A program made the position numbers and the translations under genes. 64,000 nucleotides of DNA from the IMG/VR virus record IMGVR_UViG_3300027503_000009; one strand, written 5' to 3'. Within the stretch, counting starts at the first letter, position 1; every line of letters starts with the position of its first letter. This DNA comes from a virus. Under the pieces are notes generated by a model. The model saw nothing but the letters and a program-made list of their open reading frames with translations, made no database searches and was not told where the DNA came from. Shown here piece after piece: positions 44,063-53,422 of the stretch.

Positions 44063-44605
44063 CTAATCGAAGATTGCTCCCAAATTAAGTTCTTTATGCT
44101 TAGTAGTTTTTTTCTTCTTGTTAGTTTCTTTTTGTTCAAAATTTTTGATAATATCACCGATATTTTCTTGCATATAACCAATATAATTATTAGTATATTC
44201 TTTATTGTCGTGATCTTGTCTATCTAAACCAATCACTTCCATTTTTTCTAATAACTTACATTTAATGTAAGATTGTTTGCTTTCTTTTTCTATTCTTCTT
44301 AGGAAAGCATAGTAAATTATTTGTGTTAAATATGCGAATGGATTTTTTGATTTGTCTGGATCGAAGTTATCAATATACATCAAACAATTTTCAATAGCAT
44401 CACCAACCATGTCATCTTTAAATGTATAATTAATAAAATTTGGTTTGTATGACAAATGTTCACTGATTAATAAAATACACTCACCAACATACTCTGGAAT
44501 TTTTGGTTTCTGTTCATTATTTTCCTGAGCTTTTAAAACTTGTTCTTTGTATTCAACAAGTGATTCTAAAAGTTTAGTATTGTCAACATAATGTTTTCTT
44601 TTCAT
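44063..44605 (-). CDS. gp55: late transcription sigma factor
   Basis: HYVDN, YVGEC...I...LS.KPNF.NYT..DDM..D, NPFAY.TQI...AFLRRI.KE. Confidence 0.95.
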   Translation of the reverse strand: MKRKHYVDNTKLLESLVEYKEQVLKAQENNEQKPKIPEYVGECILLISEHLSYKPNFINYTFKDDMVGDAIENCLMYIDNFDPDKSKNPFAYLTQIIYYAFLRRIEKESKQSYIKCKLLEKMEVIGLDRQDHDNKEYTNNYIGYMQENIGDIIKNFEQKETNKKKKTTKHKELNLGAIFD

Positions 44606-44934
44606 TAGTGGATAACATCTCCTATTGTATCGTTTAATTCTTCAAATTCATCGTCCATTTCATTATTAATAGTCTTAGTATAAAAACTCATAATTTTAGA
44701 TGAAGGTATTGTATAAGCAACTATATGTTGTGTTGATAAAAATATTGCTTGATCTTCGTCTGTATATAAAAACCAAGGGGAGAACCCAATATTCATATCT
44801 CCTCTCTCATTAACCATCTGTAGAATCTTATATGCATTTTTTATCATATAAGCTACTTTATTTTCAGACAATTGAATTTCTTCTAAATCACATACAACAT
44901 CTTCGCCATTTGTTAATTTAATTTGTTTAATCAT
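44605..44934 (-). CDS. conserved T4-like protein between uvsW and gp55
   Basis: IKL.NGEDVVC...PW pattern; conserved position. Confidence 0.75.
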   Translation of the reverse strand: MIKQIKLTNGEDVVCDLEEIQLSENKVAYMIKNAYKILQMVNERGDMNIGFSPWFLYTDEDQAIFLSTQHIVAYTIPSSKIMSFYTKTINNEMDDEFEELNDTIGDVIH

Positions 44935-46406
44935 AATTTTATTTGATAAATCTTGTGTTTAAATTTCTCCTCATTATATATTTTAACACGTTCAATGAAG
45001 TGTTGTAAAGTAAAATTTTTATGTTTTTTTAATGAAAAATCATCTGCGATATCATATAAAACTGCTGTTGTTTTGTTATGATTTTTTCTTAATGCTCTAC
45101 CTATACTTTGTAGATTTCTAATTCTAGACTTACTAGGTGATGCGAATATAACATTATGTAGATTCTTGATAGAAACACCAGTTGAGAATGTTCCATAAGA
45201 AGCAACAATAATTACATTATTATTTTCTTCAGAAACTTTTCTAACTTTTTCTCTATCTTCAGCAGAAATTTCACCAGAAACAAAGAATATTTTTTTATTT
45301 TTTGCTTTCTGTTTAATCATTTCAAATAATACTTTTCCATGTTTTTCAACAAGATTGAAAAGTAATAATGTATTACCTTCACAAGATGTAGTTAAATTAA
45401 CGAGGAAATTATTTCTACCTTTATGTGCTACAATATAATCAATTTCTTCGGAATACTTCATCTTTTTTACAATCTTACGTTCTTCCTCACTATATTCGAT
45501 GATGCAACAGTTAATATTAATGTCAGATATTTTTTTCTTTTCTATTAATTCTTTAGTTGTAATAACTTTTTCGACCGGACCAAACAAACCAGTTAAAACT
45601 AATTCGTGTGTCTTAGTTCCATTTAAAGTTCCTGTTGTTCCTACTCTAACACTTGCTTTTTCACATTTAAGTGTGATATCCTGAAGTGACTTGGCAGAAA
45701 ATAAATGACACTCATCACCAATAAGAACATCAAAATCTTTAAACCAATTTTTGTTTAATTTATAAATACTCTGCCATGTAGAAATAACAATATTTGAGTT
45801 GTTAATTTTCTCATGACCAGAGTAAATTTTATGACAATTTTTATCAGACCATTTAGGTGTTTTTGTATAACTCTGGAAATCTCCAGCCATTTGTTCAACA
45901 AGAGAAGTTGTTGGAACAATAATTAATATTTTTTTACCTAGCTGTTGATAATATCTTGTTATAAGATAAATGATTAATGATTTTCCACTAGAAGTTGGAG
46001 ACAACAATACACCACGATTATTGTTAACACAATGAATAAATGCGTTTAACTGATAATCATGTGGTGTTATGTCTGGAATATCTAAAGAGGCAACAAAATT
46101 TGTTGCCTCTTCTAGTGATATATTTTGTTTTGGTTTTAAATCTAAACTCTCTATTACTACTTTATAATCTCTTTTTTTGGCAAATTCTAAAACTTTTTTT
46201 AGAAGTCCTAAGTATATTTTCTTTTCATAAAGTGAAAATAATCTTATTTTACCATCCCATGTCTTCATTCTAAAAGCTGGCATAAATGTATGTCCAGGAA
46301 CAAGAAATGTAAAATGTTCATTTAATTCATACAAAATACCAGCTTCAGAATCTATTTTAATATAGTTTTCATTTAGTTTAGATATGTATAAAGTATTATC
46401 TTGCAT
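44931..46406 (-). CDS. uvsW: SF2 DNA helicase UvsW
   Basis: WDGKIRL, SPTSSGKS, DECH, TGT, STG..I, QSIGR.LR. Confidence 0.96.
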   Translation of the reverse strand: MQDNTLYISKLNENYIKIDSEAGILYELNEHFTFLVPGHTFMPAFRMKTWDGKIRLFSLYEKKIYLGLLKKVLEFAKKRDYKVVIESLDLKPKQNISLEEATNFVASLDIPDITPHDYQLNAFIHCVNNNRGVLLSPTSSGKSLIIYLITRYYQQLGKKILIIVPTTSLVEQMAGDFQSYTKTPKWSDKNCHKIYSGHEKINNSNIVISTWQSIYKLNKNWFKDFDVLIGDECHLFSAKSLQDITLKCEKASVRVGTTGTLNGTKTHELVLTGLFGPVEKVITTKELIEKKKISDININCCIIEYSEEERKIVKKMKYSEEIDYIVAHKGRNNFLVNLTTSCEGNTLLLFNLVEKHGKVLFEMIKQKAKNKKIFFVSGEISAEDREKVRKVSEENNNVIIVASYGTFSTGVSIKNLHNVIFASPSKSRIRNLQSIGRALRKNHNKTTAVLYDIADDFSLKKHKNFTLQHFIERVKIYNEEKFKHKIYQIKL

Positions 46407-46821
46407 TTAAAAATTTTTCATAATCAAGCATAATTCCAATCGCCTTATCTCTCCATTTAAATCTATCAACAACAGTTTCAAGTAAATTAAGAATTTTTTC
46501 TACTTCTTTTATTTCTTGATTAAGTTTTAAATACTCATCATCTGCTTCAACATAAGATTGGATCTGTGGTTTTCTTAATTTTAAAGAGAATGGTTTTTGT
46601 TTGTAAACTTCATTTGAGGCTTGACCACTATAATATTCTGTTAAATCGTTTTTAAGTTTCTTTTGTTTATCAAATAAATTATTTAATTCATCTTTGTATT
46701 TCAAATAAAGATCAATATATTTTATATGTCTCATAGCAGAATTATTTGGTTCATTTATCAAATCATCCATATAAATTTTATAATCTTTTTGAAAATTTTG
46801 TTTAATTTCTTCGTATGTCAT
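46396..46821 (-). CDS. uvsY: recombination mediator UvsY
   Basis: H.KY, YYSG.A...Y...PF..K, Y..AD; position upstream of uvsW. Confidence 0.85.
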   Translation of the reverse strand: MTYEEIKQNFQKDYKIYMDDLINEPNNSAMRHIKYIDLYLKYKDELNNLFDKQKKLKNDLTEYYSGQASNEVYKQKPFSLKLRKPQIQSYVEADDEYLKLNQEIKEVEKILNLLETVVDRFKWRDKAIGIMLDYEKFLNAR

Positions 46822-46879
46822 TCACAATCCTTAATTTAATTTAATAACATATTATAACATAAAGTTATAAGTTTGTCAA

Positions 46880-47404
46880 CTAAATTTTAATAATTTCATA
46901 GTAAGTGTATGCAAAAGTTGCTGATGCTGTTTTGTAAGAACTATCATCTGTTACTGTTGTAAAAACAATTGAAGAAAGTGATACTGGAAATATATTTTTG
47001 AAGTTTATTTTTAAGTTGGGATTAGATGCGTTTGTTGTTATATGTAATGTTGCATCAGAATATAAACCATTAGATTTTATATTAGCTAGATTATCATACC
47101 AATCTTTGTCTAGGTAATCGCTCTGAGATATAATCCAATTCTGTAATTCTCTATAATTAGCTAAATCTTCATCAAGAATAAATTCAATAATTAATTCATC
47201 AAAATTTATTTTTGTTCCTGTGAATGGAATATTTCTTTTTGGTGTTGGGTATTCAGCAGCAGGAATAGAAATTCCTGGAATATTTGCAGTCTGACAAAAA
47301 TAATCAACATAATTTAATTTTGAAATGTCTAATTTAAATTTTGATGCAGATAATAAACTTAAATTATCTGGTTGTTTATAGAGTGGACCTAGTGTACTTG
47401 GCAT
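46880..47404 (-). CDS. gp3: tail tube terminator / completion protein
   Basis: FCQ.ANIPG, F..DE.L.NY..L..W, SDATL, FP.SLS, A.F.Y. Confidence 0.88.
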   Translation of the reverse strand: MPSTLGPLYKQPDNLSLLSASKFKLDISKLNYVDYFCQTANIPGISIPAAEYPTPKRNIPFTGTKINFDELIIEFILDEDLANYRELQNWIISQSDYLDKDWYDNLANIKSNGLYSDATLHITTNASNPNLKINFKNIFPVSLSSIVFTTVTDDSSYKTASATFAYTYYEIIKI

Positions 47405-47419
47405 AATATACCTCGAACA

Positions 47420-47427
47420 TATTTATA
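47420..47427 (-). promoter_or_regulatory. T4-type late promoter
   Basis: TATAAATA upstream of gp3. Confidence 0.75.
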
Positions 47428-47432
47428 AAATA

Positions 47433-47463
47433 AAAAAAGGGGAGCTTTTGGCTCCCCTTTTTC
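47433..47463 (-). terminator. terminator after gp23
   Basis: ggggagc-caaaa-gctcccc followed by T tract. Confidence 0.85.
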
Positions 47464-47481
47464 TTTGGTTTGTTACTAAGG

Positions 47482-48840
47482 TTATAGTAGGTTGTTTACC
47501 TTGACTAGTCTGTAGTAACCGTTTGACTGAGCAACAATTGCTGCGTTTGCAGAGAACTGTGCTGCGTTGTTTGCATAAGCTGCATTGAAGAATGGATTTG
47601 GTGCTAGACCATAACGTGTCTTGAATGCAATCTTTGGCTGGAAGCTGTTTGGATCGACTGCACGAACCATTTGTAGTGGAACATATGGGCAGTAGAAGAA
47701 TCCAGCGTCATAAGGTGAATTACCCTTATAACCAACCATCAATAGTTCTGATGTGGTTGCAGGAGTAATACCCTGTACACCACCAGCAGAAGTTGCTGGA
47801 CCAGAAATAAAGTATGGATCAACATAAACCTTGTAGCGACCATTTAGAACACCAGCGAAAGTATTACCAGTATCATCTACTGATAGATTTGCCTTCATTG
47901 CTGGAGCATAGTCTAGAACACCTGCCATAGCTAGGGCTGAAGCAACGTCTGATGAACAAACGATGAAGTTACCCTTTCCACGACGAGTATCCTTAGCAAT
48001 TGCATTAGCTTCACGTTCTACCTGGAATAGTAGACCCTTGAACTTTTCAACTGACCAACGACCATTTGAGTCAACGTCAAGATCGAATGTACCAGCAGTT
48101 GCTGTACCAGCTTGTGCGCCTGTACGAGCAATTGTGTATAGTGTACGAACGATTTCACGGTTGATTTCAGCTAGAATTTCGTTGCTTAGAATGTTTGATA
48201 GTTCACCTTCTGCATCAAGACCATGAACTGCCTTTAGATCTTGTGCAATTTCCATTGTGTATTCTGCTTTTAGCGCACGGGTCTTTGCTGAAACTGTAAC
48301 CTTGTCAATGGTGAATGCCATTTCCTTAAAGGATGGAGCACCACCACCAGTTCCTAGATTTTCAGCTTCTGCTGTTGTTAGTGGACGACCAGTTGCAAAG
48401 CCTGAATCAAATGGTGAATAACCAGCATGGCTGGTTGCACCAGTGTGGCTTCCTGCTTGCTGACCAGAGAAATCTGAATCAGCTTCTTGGAATAGAGCTT
48501 CGTTTCCGGTTTGGCTATCGTAACGTGCCTTCATAGCAAAGATTAGTCCTGTTGGACCTGTCATTGGCTGAACACCGCAGACATCATATGCCATTAGGTT
48601 TGGTAGTGTACGACGAACTAAAGAAATAAGAATTGGATCAAATGCACCAATTGCACCACCACCATAATTGTTTGTAGGTGCTGTTTCATTTAGTGTTTGA
48701 GCTTCTTGCTTTAGTGCTGATTCCTGATTTTCTAGAACAAGTGCTGTAACGGCTCTACGATACTTATCTTCGATCTTTGGAAGATCTGGATGATCGAGAA
48801 CTGCTCCCCACTTTTTCTGTAAGTTTTCAGTTAAATACAT
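47482..48840 (-). CDS. gp23: major capsid protein
   Basis: DP.LI.LVRR..PNL.A.D.CGVQPM.GPTGL, KTRALKAEY, EINRE, YCPYVPL, FKTRYG. Confidence 0.99.
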   Translation of the reverse strand: MYLTENLQKKWGAVLDHPDLPKIEDKYRRAVTALVLENQESALKQEAQTLNETAPTNNYGGGAIGAFDPILISLVRRTLPNLMAYDVCGVQPMTGPTGLIFAMKARYDSQTGNEALFQEADSDFSGQQAGSHTGATSHAGYSPFDSGFATGRPLTTAEAENLGTGGGAPSFKEMAFTIDKVTVSAKTRALKAEYTMEIAQDLKAVHGLDAEGELSNILSNEILAEINREIVRTLYTIARTGAQAGTATAGTFDLDVDSNGRWSVEKFKGLLFQVEREANAIAKDTRRGKGNFIVCSSDVASALAMAGVLDYAPAMKANLSVDDTGNTFAGVLNGRYKVYVDPYFISGPATSAGGVQGITPATTSELLMVGYKGNSPYDAGFFYCPYVPLQMVRAVDPNSFQPKIAFKTRYGLAPNPFFNAAYANNAAQFSANAAIVAQSNGYYRLVKVNNLL

Positions 48841-48872
48841 TTAGTTTTTCTCCTTGAAATAGGGTTCTTTTA

Positions 48873-48880
48873 TATTTATA
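48873..48880 (-). promoter_or_regulatory. T4-type late promoter
   Basis: TATAAATA upstream of gp23. Confidence 0.8.
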
Positions 48881-48892
48881 AAAATTTAAATT

Positions 48893-50257
48893 TTACTTAG
48901 AAGTTCTGGAAATAACGTCTAGATAACGCTTCATTGAAGAATCAATATTCTTTTCTTCTTCAATGGTAGGTTCAACAACATCTTCCATAACTAGTTTCTT
49001 AGTTTCTGTTGCATCTTTCTTATTGCAATGTGCTTCACGAAGAGTTTCTAGTTTCTTTCTAAATTCATCTTCGTTAGTAAATTCAACAGTTTCGCTTAGA
49101 GAAACTAATAGCTCGCTATCAACTAGTGTTAATCCAGCAACAGCTTCAGAAACAATCTTATTCTTTCTTAGTGCGTTGATTTCATTTACTAGCTTTGCAT
49201 TTTCAGACATTAGACTATCTAATTGTTCATTAGCTTCTTCTAATTCTGAAACTGCCTTTTCAGCAATATCAATCTTTTCTTCTGGAACGGAAATATTGTG
49301 AGTTTCGAATAGGGCTTTTAGACCGGATAGGAAGTCTTCAAATAATTCATTCTTTAGACCATTTGTAATTGCAACTTCATTTTCCTTGATCCAGTTTTCA
49401 ACAACATATGAGATATACATATCTGTTGTTGATTCAACTTTTTCTTGGATAGCTTTTGTGGTTTCGGCTAACTTAGTATTATATTCTTCTTTAATTTCAG
49501 CAACTTTTTCTGCAACCTTAACATTAACTGCTGATTCGAAAATTGTTGCAGCCTTTGTCTTGAATTCTTCTGAAAGTTCTGTTTGTTCTGCGAATAGTTC
49601 AGTGAAGTTAACGTCAGCAATATCAAAATAAGTTTCTTCCTTCATGCTGATAACTGCTGAAGTACCTTTTAATGAAGGGCTTGTCTTCTTCATTTCATTA
49701 GCTTTACGCTTTGCTTCACCTTTATCAAGAGCAGTTACAACAGCAGTCTTAACTGTTGAAGTTCCCTTCTTGAATGTAATTGTGAAAGTTTGAGTTTCTT
49801 GAAGATTTTCTACATCTTCTTCAATAGCTTCTTCCTTCATTTCTTCTTCGTCTTCTTCTTCATCTTCATCATCTTCTTTTTCAGACTTAGAATAAGCTTC
49901 CTTCATGTCTTCTTCTTTTTCGTCTTCTTTTTCTTTCTTATCCATCATCTTCTTGATAAGCTTCTTATCTTCTTCTTCATCTTCATGCTTTTCTTCTTTA
50001 ACAACTGCTGCAACAGCACCCTTCATTTCGATTGATTTTGCTGCTGAAGTGTTATTGTCACCTTCTTTTGAAGACTTAGTAGAACCAGTTTCTGCTGATG
50101 CATCTGATGGCTTTGTTGTTGGAACAGGCATCTGTGTCATACCTTTTGAATAATCTGGTAATGCATCGGTTGGACTTACAACTGCTGGACCCAAATCGTG
50201 CTTTTCTTCAGTGATTGGATTTAACATATTTAAAATTTGTTGTTCAAGTGATGGCAT
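48893..50257 (-). CDS. gp22: prohead core scaffold protein
   Basis: LSEEFK.KA.TIFE.AV, Y..YVVE.W..EN..A; acidic; lies between gp21 and gp23. Confidence 0.92.
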   Translation of the reverse strand: MPSLEQQILNMLNPITEEKHDLGPAVVSPTDALPDYSKGMTQMPVPTTKPSDASAETGSTKSSKEGDNNTSAAKSIEMKGAVAAVVKEEKHEDEEEDKKLIKKMMDKKEKEDEKEEDMKEAYSKSEKEDDEDEEEDEEEMKEEAIEEDVENLQETQTFTITFKKGTSTVKTAVVTALDKGEAKRKANEMKKTSPSLKGTSAVISMKEETYFDIADVNFTELFAEQTELSEEFKTKAATIFESAVNVKVAEKVAEIKEEYNTKLAETTKAIQEKVESTTDMYISYVVENWIKENEVAITNGLKNELFEDFLSGLKALFETHNISVPEEKIDIAEKAVSELEEANEQLDSLMSENAKLVNEINALRKNKIVSEAVAGLTLVDSELLVSLSETVEFTNEDEFRKKLETLREAHCNKKDATETKKLVMEDVVEPTIEEEKNIDSSMKRYLDVISRTSK

Positions 50258-50288
50258 TTAAAACTCCTTTTTTAATTATTTATCTGAA

Positions 50289-50954
50289 TTAAATTTTTGT
50301 TAATTTTTCCATGAACTTATTGAAAGCTTCTAGTCTTAATTGTTCAGATAATTCTGACTTTTTGACTGAATATGAATCTTCTACGATATCTTTAATTTCT
50401 GTTAATTCTGATTCCTTAAAGATACCATTATCATAGATCCATTCTTTACCTTCCATGATTCCACGAACAAATGCAGAAGTACAGCTAGGATCTGCAACAA
50501 TATCACCAGCAGTTGCTAAGTGATAATCGTCCTGAACAATAGCTGATTCTCTCATTTGTTTAATAGAACCAATACCTCTAGTAGACATTCCTAATTGTGC
50601 GCCTTCATCAATAAAGTTCTTGACAATTTTACCAAAAGGAGTATCTAAAATTTTAGCCTTACCAATAAATTGGTTGCCTTCTTGTCTTAGAGACTTAATG
50701 ATATGTGATACTCTATCTAAATTAATTTGAGGATTTTCTGGGTGACCTAATTCACCAAATGCACGATTTTTAGCAATACTTTCTTCGCTATAACGTGCAA
50801 CTTCTCTTTCTAGAATATGACGTGGATAAATTCTTTTATTTCTATTTTCTGTTTCAGCTTCTAGAAACACACCTTCAACATAATAATCTTTCTTGCCGTT
50901 AGATTCTTCTGTTAAGAATGATATGCTATTAATTTCTTCTACAATTAACTTCAT
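50289..50954 (-). CDS. gp21: prohead protease
   Basis: NRN.R.YP, GELGHP, INLDRVSH, STRG.GS, DIVADPS. Confidence 0.97.
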   Translation of the reverse strand: MKLIVEEINSISFLTEESNGKKDYYVEGVFLEAETENRNKRIYPRHILEREVARYSEESIAKNRAFGELGHPENPQINLDRVSHIIKSLRQEGNQFIGKAKILDTPFGKIVKNFIDEGAQLGMSTRGIGSIKQMRESAIVQDDYHLATAGDIVADPSCTSAFVRGIMEGKEWIYDNGIFKESELTEIKDIVEDSYSVKKSELSEQLRLEAFNKFMEKLTKI

Positions 50955-50955
50955 T

Positions 50956-51111
50956 TTATTCCTTCTCTGGTTGTGCGAATAATGAAGAAGCTATTTCAGC
51001 TTTCTTTGTATCTAATGCTGCACTTAATTTGGTTTGTAAAGTGTTATATACCAAATCACGAAACATTGTAGCTTTTCCTGCTAGAGCTAATTGTGTAAAA
51101 TTATTTTCCAT
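50956..51111 (-). CDS. small prohead core protein (gp67-like position, 51 aa)
   Basis: MENNF...LDTKKAEIASSLF; between gp20 and gp21; late promoter at 51127-51134. Confidence 0.65.
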   Translation of the reverse strand: MENNFTQLALAGKATMFRDLVYNTLQTKLSAALDTKKAEIASSLFAQPEKE

Positions 51112-51136
51112 AAAATAACCTTTAATTATTTATAAT

Positions 51137-52777
51137 TTAGTAACTTTTAATTCCTGAAGCACCACCAGGACCACTGGTTCTTACTATATCAGGAATGTCT
51201 AATGTTTTATCTGGATGAGATGAATCATCTTTCTTTTGCTTTGCTGGTGCTGTTTTAGTAGCTGGTTGCCCAGATGTACCATTAACAGCAGCTTCTTGTT
51301 CTGGTGTAACTAGTTCACCAGTTTCAATTTCTTGTTTGATTTGTTCATCCATCATTTCAATAGTTTTTTCATCTTGTTTAAAAATATGTGTTCTAACATA
51401 TCTGTTAGAGAAATATTTTCCAACAAATGGTTCTAAGTCTTGTGCAATCTGAATTCTTTCTCTTAATACTTCAATATTTTTATTTTCAGTAAAATAAGAA
51501 TCTTTTGCAAATTCATATCTAATATTCTGACGAATCTTAGGCCAATCAGACTTAGAAATATAACCCTTTAATACTAACTGGGTATATAACAAATCATCAA
51601 ATAACATTGTGAATCGTGAACGTAGATTCTCAATAAATTTGAAAAATTTCAATTCATCTCTTGAAATTTCTGATGCACGTCCAAGGTTAAATCCTTCACC
51701 TTGCTGCATTCTTGAAATAGGTACATTTAGTGACTTAAAAAGTTTTTCTTGGAAATACTTTACGTCTTCAATATCAGAAAGATTTTTTCCACCTTCTAAT
51801 GTTGAAATTTCAGTTCCTCTTGCACCTTCTCTGCGTGGTAACCAATAATCTTCAAGCATTGAATAATGCTTTTTATCATCACGCATTTCGCCTGTTGCTG
51901 GATCGTAAATCAACTTATTTCTAAATTGACCCATGATATCTTTCATGTATTGTTCAGCTTTTAGTTTTGGTAATGTACCAACATCAATGTAGAAAATTCT
52001 ACGTTCCGGTGCACGAACTAGTCTGTAAATAACCAGAGCGTCTTCCATCATTCTTAGTTGATTTAATGGTTTAATAGCCTTATGTAAATGACTTAGCACC
52101 ATATTTCTTGTATTATCTACAAGACCAGAATGTACATAACAGATACTATCTGTAGTAATTCTCATTCCATGATTACTTTGTGGTGCATTTGAAACAATAC
52201 CTTGATCATTATAGACGTAATATTCATCTTTAACATCTACTAATGGAACACCATATTGAGAAATTTTCTTTTCAATTTCTCTAACTTTTCTAATATTTCT
52301 TGGGTCGATGTATCTTAGTTCTTTTAAACCTTCTTCTGGTTTTGATACATCAATAATCTTGTGAAAATATAGTCTTCCATCTACATACCAACGACGAAAA
52401 ATTTCTACAGAATTTTGAGTAAAATCAAGCATATTTAAAATGCTTTGGAATTCTGTTTGTATAATCTTCTTAGTTTTATTGTCGTATGGTAGATTGTCTG
52501 TTAAAACTTTAATTGGTGAATTATTATCTTCTACAACAATAGATTCATTAACAATATCATTAATTGCTTGTTCTGTTTCGGGATGGAACGACATTTCACG
52601 ATAACGATTGATAAGATCATTTTCGTTCTTGGCATTTCCATCTAAATCAATGTAACTACCAGTAATACCACCAGCAGAAACAGTCATAGCTCCATCTGTG
52701 TTCGTTGGAATGGCGAACGATGGAGTCTCTTCTTTTTTCTTACGTCCTATTTGGAAACCGAATAATTCAATTGGCAT
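51137..52777 (-). CDS. gp20: portal vertex protein
   Basis: ELFGF, WYVDGR, YIDPR, RAPERRIFYIDVG.LPK.KAEQY, EDYWLPRR. Confidence 0.98.
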   Translation of the reverse strand: MPIELFGFQIGRKKKEETPSFAIPTNTDGAMTVSAGGITGSYIDLDGNAKNENDLINRYREMSFHPETEQAINDIVNESIVVEDNNSPIKVLTDNLPYDNKTKKIIQTEFQSILNMLDFTQNSVEIFRRWYVDGRLYFHKIIDVSKPEEGLKELRYIDPRNIRKVREIEKKISQYGVPLVDVKDEYYVYNDQGIVSNAPQSNHGMRITTDSICYVHSGLVDNTRNMVLSHLHKAIKPLNQLRMMEDALVIYRLVRAPERRIFYIDVGTLPKLKAEQYMKDIMGQFRNKLIYDPATGEMRDDKKHYSMLEDYWLPRREGARGTEISTLEGGKNLSDIEDVKYFQEKLFKSLNVPISRMQQGEGFNLGRASEISRDELKFFKFIENLRSRFTMLFDDLLYTQLVLKGYISKSDWPKIRQNIRYEFAKDSYFTENKNIEVLRERIQIAQDLEPFVGKYFSNRYVRTHIFKQDEKTIEMMDEQIKQEIETGELVTPEQEAAVNGTSGQPATKTAPAKQKKDDSSHPDKTLDIPDIVRTSGPGGASGIKSY

Positions 52778-52787
52778 AGTAATATAT

Positions 52788-52811
52788 AGGGGAGGCTAAA
52801 ATAGCCTCCCC
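52788..52811 (-). terminator. hairpin after gp19
   Basis: gggggaggcta-tttt-agcctcccc. Confidence 0.6.
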
Positions 52812-52822
52812 AATTAGTTTAA

Positions 52823-53392
52823 TTAAAGAGCAAGTGAACCAGTTGTTCCATCAGTTGATGGAACTGATTCCCACCATTGATATTGGAATTCACATGTATA
52901 AGTTTCAATTGAGTTGTTATTTTCCCAACTTAGATCAATTGCACTTACGTTTGTTGGAAATGCTCCTATGAAATTTACAACTTTTAATACATCTCCAGCT
53001 TTGCCATATTGCTTAACTAGTAAATTTACACCATAACCATTGTTAGCAATTGTTTGTGGAATGCGAGTATTTCCGGCGTGGCTGTTCAATGCATTCATCC
53101 AATTTTCAAGAGAATTTCTAATAGCAAAATCTTCATCATTTAGAATTGTTACTGTCCATGAGTCAAAAGTTCTGTCTCCAGGAACCTTAACTTTTCTTCC
53201 GAAATAACTTAGTTCAATATTACCAAGTGTGCTTGCTGGAAGATTTGCTGCCTGACACATGAAAGTTGCTTTTCTACCTGCATTTGCTCCATTCGCAACA
53301 AATGTTGGAAAATTTAACGTTACTTCAAATAGGGTAGGACGTGCGCCCTGTCCAACCATTTGAGAGCGGAAATCAGTTAGATTGAAAGGCAT
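52823..53392 (-). CDS. gp19: tail tube protein
   Basis: ARP.LFEV, GR..K..GDRTF..W.VT..NDE.F, FP..V..I.L.W. Confidence 0.96.
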   Translation of the reverse strand: MPFNLTDFRSQMVGQGARPTLFEVTLNFPTFVANGANAGRKATFMCQAANLPASTLGNIELSYFGRKVKVPGDRTFDSWTVTILNDEDFAIRNSLENWMNALNSHAGNTRIPQTIANNGYGVNLLVKQYGKAGDVLKVVNFIGAFPTNVSAIDLSWENNNSIETYTCEFQYQWWESVPSTDGTTGSLAL

Positions 53393-53414
53393 TTAATATA
53401 TTTCTCCTATTTCC

Positions 53415-53422
53415 TATTTATA
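53415..53422 (-). promoter_or_regulatory. T4-type late promoter
   Basis: TATAAATA upstream of gp19. Confidence 0.75.

Noticed and set aside
48963-50153. Ser/Phe-rich + strand ORFs opposite gp22
   Set aside because: Antisense artefacts of the Glu/Lys-rich gp22 sequence
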